Position numbers and translations under genes: made by a program. DNA of 64,000 nt from Eledone cirrhosa (lineage: Eukaryota). Position 1 is the first letter of the stretch, and each line of letters starts with the position of its first letter. Shown here piece after piece: positions 55,131 to 64,000 of this stretch. The stretch covers positions 360,282,001-360,346,000 of the forward strand of contig OZ024740.1 of assembly GCA_964016885.1 (NCBI GenBank). The letters run 5' to 3'. Below the pieces are notes generated by a model, which worked only from the letters and a program-made list of their open reading frames with translations, made no database searches and was not told the origin of the DNA.

Positions 55131-55379
55131 ACAAGTTCACTTTCAATGTATATATATATATATATATATTAAAATTTGCCGTACTTTGACGACAGAAAAT
55201 AGTCTAATATCAGGGCATATAAGTTTCTACTTTTGACACAAGGCCAGCAACCAGTGCATTACTGGTACTTTATTTTATCGACCCCCGTAAGGATGACAGG
55301 CAAAGTGAACCTATAATAATAAAAAACATGGGCATTCCCACTCATACAGTTGCCAACACATACACACACACACACATCT

Positions 55380-56940
55380 CCAACCAGACAGAGAGTGACC
55401 TGGTGGTGGAACAGCACGGTAGATAGAGCCATAAGAGACAAAAGACTAGCATGGTGCAAAGACTGGTGCAGCAGTATTCTCATAAATTGCTACAAAGGTA
55501 AAGGGGATGCTCTGGAGAGGAACAATTATAGGGGTATAAAACTGATGGATCAGGTTATGAAAGTGGCAGCAAGAATATTAGTGCAACTAATTAGAGAAAG
55601 TGTCAAACTAGATGAGAAGCAGTTTGGTTTTGTGCCTGGGAAAAGTACAACAGATGCCCTCTTCTTGGTGAGACAATTACAAGAGAGGTTCTTAGAGAAG
55701 AATAAGCCACTATAGAGAAAGCCTTTGATAGGGTACCCCGATCTGTCATCTGGTGGTCCCTAAGGAAACTAGGTGTTAAGGAATGGTTTGTGAGGACAGT
55801 GCAAACTTTGTACAGAGGTGCTGTCAGTAAAGTCAGGGTAGGAATGGAGTTTAGTGAGGAATTCCAGATACAAGTAGGAGTACATCAGGGTTCGATCCTC
55901 AGCTTGCTCTTGTTCAAGCCATAACAGAGGAGTTTAAGACTGGCTGTCCATGGGAACTTCTCTATGCTGACGATCTGGTTCTTATAGCAGAATCAGTAGA
56001 GGAGCTAGAGAATAAATTCTGGCTATGGAAACAGCAGTTGGATTCAAGAGGACTGAGAGTGAACCTAGCTAAGACAACAGTGTTGATGAGTAGAAAAGAG
56101 GACAAAACTCTGATTCTGTCAGGGAAATGGCCATGTTCACTATGTAGGAAAGGAACTGGCATAAATTCTATAAAATGCACACAATGCAGATCTTGGGTAC
56201 ACAAGAGATGTAGTGGGATAGCAGGCAAACTAACAGGTAGGGAAAACTACGTATGCAGTAGATGCACAGGGAATTTTGGCAGTAGAAGTCGCATTGATAG
56301 ACACATTTTTCAAATGCAGGTGGGTTCTATAGAAGCTTCCGGTACCTAGGTGATCAGATTAGCATGGGAGGGGGTGTTCCGAGGCCATAGTAGCTAGAAT
56401 AAGGATGGGTTGGAAGAACTTTAGGGAGCTACTTCCTACACAGAACGGTTTCTCCCAGCGTACGAAAGGCCGGTTATATGATGCCTGTGTGAGGAGCGCG
56501 ATGCTGCATGATAGTGAGACATGGGTAGCAACTGCAAAGGATATGTGACGGCTGGAGAAAAATGAGCCAAACATGCTCCGTTGGATGTGCAATGTCAATG
56601 TGTGTGAACGACCGAGCATGGATGTGTTGAGAGAGAAACTGTGTCTGAGAGGGATAGATTGTAGTGTGCGGGAGAGGAGACTGAGGTGGTATGGACATGT
56701 GATGCGCATGGAGGATGACCCATGAGTGAAGAAGTGCCAGGAAATGCCAGTTGAAGGAAGATGTAGTAGAGGTAGACCACGAAAAATATGGGTGGAGGTG
56801 GTGAGAACAGACCTCAGATCACTGAAGCTCACGGTGGAGATGACGAAGGACCGTGACAAGTGGAGAGATGCTGTGCAGAACAGGACCCGTCCCACCCTTG
56901 CAAGCAGGGAAAAGCGGACGTAAAATGATGATGATGGTGA
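55380..56940 (+). mobile_element. RTE LINE (PHD-in-RT family), internally deleted, short tail
   Basis: NYRGIKL, QFGFVPGKSTTDA, WELLYADD, CSLC..CTQC..HKRC..CSRC, (TGA)n tail. Confidence 0.92.
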
Positions 56941-57127
56941 TAATTATATATATATATATACATATAAAATAATACAAGGATGATTTGTTAAGCCTTCATT
57001 TCGTTTGATCTGTATTGATCTGACTTGACTCTGGAATCAAAGGCTCATCGGACCTCTGTTGTAATAATGTCACTATATAGGTGTGTGTGTGTATATATAT
57101 ATATATATATGTGTATATATATATATA

Positions 57128-57217
57128 ACGAAGGAAATGTGGTAAGGAACCAGGTGGACCATAATGCACCAAAGTACTCAATACTTAGGGTAGTAGAGTG
57201 GGTAATAGGAACGAGTA
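57128..57217 (-). mobile_element. Third copy of the tail of the hammerhead-bearing element, in (TA)n
   Basis: Reverse complement of 7396-7487. Confidence 0.8.
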
Positions 57218-57366
57218 TATTATATATATATATATTATAGTATATTATATATATATAACGTTCCTATATACATATATATATATGTGTATGTATGTGTTTA
57301 TATATGTGTGTGTGTGTATGTTTATATATGAGTGTATATATGTGTGTATGTATATATATATGTGTG

Positions 57367-57397
<31 letters not shown>

Positions 57398-57424
57398 ATA
57401 TATGTGTATATATATATGTATGTC

Positions 57425-58015
57425 AGGTCACCAGTTGGTGCTACTGGTAACATGTATCCCAGTACAACCTGTCTCATGGTCGAGTCGTTGGCGACTAAAC
57501 TGGCAACCCCACCAAGGTTTCTTGGTGAGGAGGGTGACTTTAGACATCCTACAGGACTAAAAACAAAACCTGTCAAAGGCCAAAGGAGCTCAATGGCCGT
57601 CCAAAATCACCGGGAGAGATGACCCCTTAGCCTTTGTCAAGGCAGAATTCTAGGAGAAGGAAAACTCTGATATAACACCTGCAACCCTGATGGTATCCAA
57701 TGATGTTGACTTGTTCTTCTTTTTGGTAAATATCATCTTAGTTAAGAGAGTGGGACTGGCTTTGTGCAGTGCCTTTGCTCACTATAAAAGCTTCACGGCA
57801 CAGGCATTGCTTTATATCTGGAGATCTCTCTGCACTTGTCGTCACATGGTACCAGCACTATGTGTCAGTAATTGTCACAAGTGTAGCGTTTGTACCAGAG
57901 TTTTTAAGTTGCTGGCTGGACTGAAAAGTCACACTCATTCAGCACATCGGTAGGGGTTCTCCTACATGGATATAAAGTAGTGGCCGTACTCGAAAACGAG
58001 TTGGCAGCCACCGTA
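57425..58015 (+). mobile_element. Probable non-autonomous RTE derivative (5' leader joined to a C2H2-encoding 3' end)
   Basis: Ends in CSVCTRVFKLLAGLKSHTHSAH; CTGGTAACATGTATCCCAGTA is also present inverted near 24495-24520; flanked by (TA/TG)n. Confidence 0.45.
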
Positions 58016-58774
58016 TATATATGTGTGTATATATATATGTGTATGTGTGTGTGTATATATATATGTGTGTGTGTGTATAAAAACCTGGGACGAGCTGATA
58101 AATTCCGACCTCACACACTTACACCTCTCCAAGACAATGTCACTGGACCGAGACCTTTGGTGTGTATATATATATATTAGCAGGGAAAGGGACGTTAAAA
58201 CAACAATGACGAGATATCTAAAACAGAGAATGTCTGTCTGACTCCCTAAAGCTCGAAACCACCCAACCGATTTTTTTCAAACTTTACACATGTAATACTT
58301 ATGGTCCCGTGAGTGTTTTGAGCAAAAAATATTTAAAATTTTCAATGCCCTAGGGACTGCATTAGGCGATTTAGCGATCTCTTTCTGTCTTCCTTAGTCT
58401 GTCTTTTTAGATAGATACATAGATATAACGTCGCGCCCTTATAATATCTGTCTGTATGTCTGGCTGTATGTATTACGACATTATAATAATAATAATAATG
58501 AAATTATTGTGTACAGTGCTCAGGTGCACTACAACTCATCAAAGGTGCATGTATAGTACATAGAATCATGTACAAATGTCAGGAAAATAAACAGTGTATG
58601 AGTCATGATATAATAACAATAACAATAATGAAATATTCTGCACAGTGCCCAGGTGCACCACAACCCATCAAAAAAGTGCATGTACAGTACATAGGGCAAT
58701 GCACAAACATCAGTAAAATGAACAGTGCACGAGTCATGATACACACATGTGTGCATGTGTATGGAAGGGGCACA

Positions 58775-61543
58775 TCAGGTGTAGTTTTGGCGTATTTCGG
58801 GAAGCATGAGTGTCTTAAAGGATGCAGTGTCTCGGCAGCTAACAATTGACGCAGGCAGTTTGTTCCATGCTTCAGCAACTCTGAGCGTGAAAAAATGTCT
58901 GCGAAAGTCATGGGAGCTGTGCTGTTTTCTTATCTTGTAGGCATGTCCACGTGTGTTAGACACATGGAGATCAAAGAGGCGCTCAGGGTTGCAGTTGGCG
59001 AGATGGTTAAAAACTTTGTGGGTATTCACCAAGTCCATTGCCAGACGTCGGAGCTTCAATGAATCCATGCCCAGGGAAGCAAGGCGTTCAGAGTATGGTA
59101 GGTGTCTGATGGAGGGTATGCGCTTGGTTGCACGTCTCTGAACAGTTTCCAGGAGGTCAATGTTCCGAGCAAGATAGGGGTTCCAGACTGATGATGCGAA
59201 TTCCAAGTGTGGTCGCACCATAGCTGTATACAGTTTTAAATAGATGGCTGGAGAGCGGCTAACAAAGGTCTTGCTGAGTGATGCCAAGACACCCTCGGCC
59301 TTCTTGACAATCTTAGAGACATGCTTTGTCCAACGCAAATCGTTGCTGACAGTAATGCCCAGGTCACGTTCACAAGAGGACTTTTTGATGTCAGTGTTGT
59401 GGAGGGAGTATGTGGACGCTGGATTTTTCCTTCCAAAATGCATGGTGGTACACTTGTCCACAGCCAGCTTCAGTTGCCAGTCTGTGATCCATTGCTGCAT
59501 TGTGTCCAGGTCTGATTGTAGGAAAGAGTTGTAAATTTCAGGATCAGTCCTTTTGATTTCAAGGTACAGCTTGATGTCATCTGCATATTTTAGTACCGTG
59601 GCATTCTGTAAGTTGGCATCTATGTCATTAATATATGCCACAAACAAAAGAGGACCAAGAACAGATCCCTGTGGTACACCAGATGACATCTCATATGGTG
59701 AAGAATGCTGTCCTAGAACCGTGACTACTTCCTTTCGGCTGAGAATGAAGGATTTCAGCCAGTCGAAAAGATCATCCCTCACACCCATTGCAGAGAGTTT
59801 TGCCATAAGTCTTTTGTGTGGCACAGAATTAAAAGCCTTAGCAAAGTCAAGGTAAACAACATCCACCCATGAGCCGCTGTCAGTGATCCGGGTGATGTCC
59901 TCAAGGAACTCGATAAGCTGATCACAGCAGCTGGAGTTAGGGATAAATCCAAACTGTGAGGGCCGGATGAGGCTGTGAGAGCTCCAGAAGTTCCAAAGTG
60001 TTTCTCTGACACAGGATTCCATCAGTTTGGCCATACAGCTAGTAAGACTGACTGGACGATAGTTGACAGGTGACATGCGGTTGCCCTTTTTGAACAGGGG
60101 AATGACACTGGCAGTTTTCCACTGCTCCGGAGTAGCACCATTGCTGAGACAGTATTGAAAGAAAAAAGAAAGCTGGCACAAAAGGAAATCCCCGCCACGT
60201 TTGAGAAGCAGGTATGTCACACCATCAAGACCAGGGGAGGCATAGTTGCGCTTATTCTTAAGGTGACGTCGCAACATTGCAGGTGTAAATTCCATAGTTG
60301 TTATGGAATTTGATGTTAGAGATGGTGGAGATGGTACATTCTGGTTTTCAACAGTAAAAATACTTGCATAGCACTCAGCAATGAGTTCTGCGCATTCCTT
60401 GGGATCGTCAGTGATCTGGCTTGTGTGGGGATTGCGAAGAGGACCAACTGGAGAGTGAGGTCTCTGCTTTGAATGAACATATTTCCAGAACACCTTACTG
60501 TCAGGATTGGTTGCGATGCACTGTTCAAATTCAAGCACTGCCTTCTTTGTCATTTGCTTGAGATGGTTAGAAGATTTATTCCGCTTTTTTCTGTTGGCAT
60601 CTGATCTATGCAGTTTATATTCCCGTTCAGCGTTCCGACGTTCTTTCCTGGCAAGTCGGACCGCTGAAGTTTCCCAGATTGCACTTTTGGGGTGGTTATT
60701 TTTCCGCTTACGTGGCACTGATGCTGCACACGCTATCCATATTGAGTCCAGGATGCTCTGGAGTATAGAGTTCACATCTCCAGAGTTATACATCTCATGC
60801 CAGTTTGGGCGCTGTAGCTCAGTGCAGTACAAGTTCCAATCCGCCCTCTTCCAATCAAAGCAAGCAGATTGGAGATGGCTCTGGTTTTTGTTGCTGCCCT
60901 CAAGTGCCAGATTGGCAATGATCATAGCATGATCAGAGTCGCCTAGAGGTTCCTCAGTAGTACAACTGATAACCACTTCAGGAGTAGTGGTGAAGATCAG
61001 GTCCAAAGTGTTGTCACCTCTTGTTGGAGAGGTGACTACTTGTGACCAGTTTGAGTCCAGCACTAGTTCAAGGAAATCGTTTGCACCCTGTGGCCAACGA
61101 AAGGTTTCCCAATCGATCTCAGGATGATTGAAGTCACCTGCAATAAACACATAAGTGGCTGTTTTCTTGGCAGCAACTCTGAGGATATCGCAAAGCTGTG
61201 TGTCCTGATGGTAGTTTGGGGGGCGATAAACAACACCAAGCAGAAGTGTTGACATGGTCATACGTATGTCACAGAAAAAAACTTCTTCCTGTGATTCGTT
61301 CAAATCAACGCAAGGAATTACCGAAAAGTTTGAACGAACGTAGACCATCACACCACCACCACCACGGCGGTTAATGCGGTCCTTGCGGAAAAGGTTGTAC
61401 CCAGTAATGGTGAAAACCCCATCACAGAGTAAGGAATGTGCCCATGTTTCCGTGACTGTGATGAAGTCAGGGTCGATGCTTCTGACGTAGGATTCGAACA
61501 GATGTATCTTGTTGCATAAACTGCGAGCATTTAAGGACAACAA
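58775..61543 (-). CDS. LINE ORF2: AP-endonuclease + reverse transcriptase, uninterrupted 922 aa
   Basis: NARSL, TETW, VYRPP, GDFN, LDL, SDH; YRPVSLTS, LDFAKAFNSV, GVPQGSVLGPLLF, YADD, RDLGI, RPHLEF, RGH...FFTLRV..WNKLP. Confidence 0.95.
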   Translation of the reverse strand: MLSLNARSLCNKIHLFESYVRSIDPDFITVTETWAHSLLCDGVFTITGYNLFRKDRINRRGGGGVMVYVRSNFSVIPCVDLNESQEEVFFCDIRMTMSTLLLGVVYRPPNYHQDTQLCDILRVAAKKTATYVFIAGDFNHPEIDWETFRWPQGANDFLELVLDSNWSQVVTSPTRGDNTLDLIFTTTPEVVISCTTEEPLGDSDHAMIIANLALEGSNKNQSHLQSACFDWKRADWNLYCTELQRPNWHEMYNSGDVNSILQSILDSIWIACAASVPRKRKNNHPKSAIWETSAVRLARKERRNAEREYKLHRSDANRKKRNKSSNHLKQMTKKAVLEFEQCIATNPDSKVFWKYVHSKQRPHSPVGPLRNPHTSQITDDPKECAELIAECYASIFTVENQNVPSPPSLTSNSITTMEFTPAMLRRHLKNKRNYASPGLDGVTYLLLKRGGDFLLCQLSFFFQYCLSNGATPEQWKTASVIPLFKKGNRMSPVNYRPVSLTSCMAKLMESCVRETLWNFWSSHSLIRPSQFGFIPNSSCCDQLIEFLEDITRITDSGSWVDVVYLDFAKAFNSVPHKRLMAKLSAMGVRDDLFDWLKSFILSRKEVVTVLGQHSSPYEMSSGVPQGSVLGPLLFVAYINDIDANLQNATVLKYADDIKLYLEIKRTDPEIYNSFLQSDLDTMQQWITDWQLKLAVDKCTTMHFGRKNPASTYSLHNTDIKKSSCERDLGITVSNDLRWTKHVSKIVKKAEGVLASLSKTFVSRSPAIYLKLYTAMVRPHLEFASSVWNPYLARNIDLLETVQRRATKRIPSIRHLPYSERLASLGMDSLKLRRLAMDLVNTHKVFNHLANCNPERLFDLHVSNTRGHAYKIRKQHSSHDFRRHFFTLRVAEAWNKLPASIVSCRDTASFKTLMLPEIRQNYT

Positions 61544-61599
61544 TTTGTACCCTGCTCGCAGTTTATGATGGTGTGTAGAGGGTGGCAGGTTGTTCTGGT

Positions 61600-62964
61600 T
61601 TAGTTTCCCAGAGTTGTAGCAGTTTTTACATTGCCAGTTATTGTGGGTAGATCACACTCAGACCAGCTGGTATCTCTCTTCCACATTTCACCAGCCTTGA
61701 CAAACCTCCAGATCTGCCCATCATCACGCAGACTGAAACTTTCATCTTGTGCTGAGTTCCGATTCAAGGAAGCTGCAGCACGTAGTTTTGGACGTACATG
61801 GGGTGGTAGGCCTGGGCGTGTTCGGAAGGTAATCCGATTTTCACGCCCAGCTTTAGCAGAGGCCAGATGATATGAGGTTGCCTCTGTGGGGTCCGAGAAA
61901 GACAGCCTGATGAGTCTGGGTTTTGGACCAGGTCGACCAAGGCGGAGGGCACCCTTTGGGGGAACACAGCCTAGGTCTTTGGCTGAGCTGGCAGCAAATG
62001 CCTGAAGATCAGCCTTGTCCTCTGGTACCCCAATGGCAATCACTTCATGGGTAGCAGATTCCGCAGTCTTTTCAGTCTTTCCAGCAAGAGGTACAGGGAG
62101 ATTCTTTAGCAAGGCATTCCGATAAGACCCCTCATTGTGGGGTCCTACCCGAATGCTTGCCTCTATTCCTGCAACTTCCCTTCTCAGAGCAGAAATCATT
62201 AGTTGCAGTTCCGCAAAATCTGTACTGGTCGGTTGTTGTTGCTGCTGCTGCTGTCGTTGTTAGTGATGATGATGTTCCTCCACGGGAATGGCAGGGGAGG
62301 ACACAGTCGCAGGTTGTTGCTGTTGTTGTTGTTGTTGGTGATGATGATGTTCCTCCACGGGAATGGCAGGGGAGGACACAGTCGCAGGTTGTTGCTGTTG
62401 TTGTTGTTGGTGATGATGATGTTCCTCCACGGGAATGGTAGGGGAAGACACAGTCACCAGTTGTTGGTGTCGAGATGTACTGGGAGTGGAAGACATGGGT
62501 TGTTGTTGTTTCTGATGTTCTCCCACAGGAATAACAGTAGAAGCCAGTGTCATAGGTTTTTGCCGTTGTTCAGTAACAATGGTAGAGGAAGACACAGTCA
62601 TTGGTTTTTGTTGTTGTTGTTGTTTTTCAATAACATTAATAACATTCGTGGAGGCAGACACACAGGCCAGACACTGAAAGGACCAGGATTTTAGCTGGAC
62701 CATCTCCCATATTCCCTCCATCATAGCATTATGATGTCTCTTTTTTTGGCCTGGGATCCTCCGGAAGCCTGTGGCGCATTGAAGGCAGACAGAGATGCGA
62801 CAGGTTCCACATTCGACCCAGCGATTACGGAACGAGTTTTCGGGTTCCGCACAGATATGGCAGATGTGATTTTCTGGGCAATGTTCTATCTTGGGACATC
62901 GGCCGGTTTTGTCGCATATTTCATCGATGGATATCACCATGGCAATTTTGTTATTTCTACCCAT
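61600..62964 (-). pseudogene. LINE ORF1: PHD finger, Gln/His repeats, coiled coil and RRM-like region; one premature TAA at 62260-62262
   Basis: CHIC...WVECGTC...CLQC...FQCLAC. ORFs 62260-62991 and 61600-62199 are in the same frame; the stop is CAA>TAA relative to sister repeat units. Confidence 0.85.
62232..62630 (-). repeat. Coding minisatellite, 63-66 bp unit
   Basis: Three copies of TVSSP(A/T)IPVEEHHHH-polyQ plus degenerate upstream units. Confidence 0.9.
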
Positions 62965-63248
62965 CCGTAGAAAAACACAGAATGTAAACAATATAGGTTT
63001 AGCGCACTTGATTACGATAGAAATAAAATGTCTGTTTTTTTGTGTATTTTGTTTCCGTTTTCCTAAATGTTGTGTGTGTACAGAAGAGTCTGAATTACAT
63101 TACATGTAAACAAATAAATATGCTGCGTAAGTTAAATGAAACGTACTGTAGAAGGCAGTTGTTTATTAACAGCGAAATAAGGTTGTTTTTTTTTTTTTGT
63201 TTTTTTTTTATAACACTATCTGTGTGTGTGTGTATATATGTATATATA

Positions 63249-63290
<42 letters not shown>

Positions 63291-64000
63291 TGTAACGTTT
63301 TTCGAAATATTTACTTCTGCGTTCACAGAACGCTAGTATATCATAAAATAAAAAAAAACAACAACCAAAGCTGTTAATTGTACATTTAACTGACAGACAT
63401 ATGTTTGCCAGACGACATAAAAACATGCATGCAGTACATTCTCATTGAAATCCGACTTATCAGGATCTATAAAAACATATTTAAATTAACATTAAAAAGA
63501 TCATATTAGTTGTCCATATCAACTGGTGTAAATATGTCATGATGTCCTAACAACAACCTATGGTTAAAGGGAGATAACCACGCTTAGTCTAATTCAGGGT
63601 AGTAATCAAATTGGTTACGGTGACCCTACAAATAATAATAGTAAAAATATTAAAATATAGATTATCAATGTTATCACCGATTACTACGCAATGTTAAATT
63701 ATTGAACAAGAGTGACAGCTAGGTGAGGGACATTATAGAGATCAGAATTACCCTACAATATATGCCCTCAGAATTGCATTCAAGTTGGATCGAATGTCGA
63801 GTGATAGAACGATTGAAAAATGTTATGGTTGCAAGAAGGGATGAGCTCATTCTGGTCTGAACTTTTATATAGATATATATATGTATAGTTGTTTTAATTT
63901 CAATGCTTAATTATCAGTGTTGTTAATTGCATCACCCCAGTCAAGTAGAAGCTTGTCTTCATATTCATTAATATATATGTATATATATATATATACATGG

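Larger units (their letters stand above)
58482..63010 (-). mobile_element. Near full-length CR1-type LINE
   Basis: ORF1 (PHD) plus intact ORF2 (APE-RT), 3' UTR with a tandem duplication, (ATT)n tail; adjoins a Helitron-B fragment. Confidence 0.92.

Noticed and set aside
52165-64000. Next SRBD1 exon (HhH/S1 region)
   Set aside because: I found no matching exon; it presumably lies beyond the window.

Overview
AT-rich, microsatellite-laden eukaryotic animal genomic DNA. The repeat landscape suggests a coleoid cephalopod such as Octopus; this is inference, not a database result. There is one host gene: 12 consecutive + strand coding exons of an SRBD1/Tex-family gene (21490-52164, 531 codons, all GT-AG with consistent phases), which continues past the window. 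The rest is transposon-derived. It includes a Tx1/L1 3' half, a complete 4.1-kb Gypsy LTR element nested in a CRE-clade element, a second CRE relic, many RTE copies carrying a PHD-like finger inside the RT region, R4, HERO and Penelope relics, non-autonomous Helitrons, Tc1/mariner MITEs, several SINE families, a tRNA-like gene and a near-intact CR1-type LINE. Most notable are four observations. (1) The CR1 ORF1/ORF2 junction has a canonical G_GGA_AAC -1 slippery site, and ORF2 has no AUG ahead of the endonuclease. (2) Several hammerhead-ribozyme-like motifs lie in Penelope-style inverted repeats, mostly near TA microsatellites. (3) An RTE family has a PHD-like finger in its RT and two alternative 3' ends. 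(4) A 73-nt tRNA-like gene carries a GGC anticodon. All structures were read by eye, and repeat boundaries are approximate unless termini are quoted.
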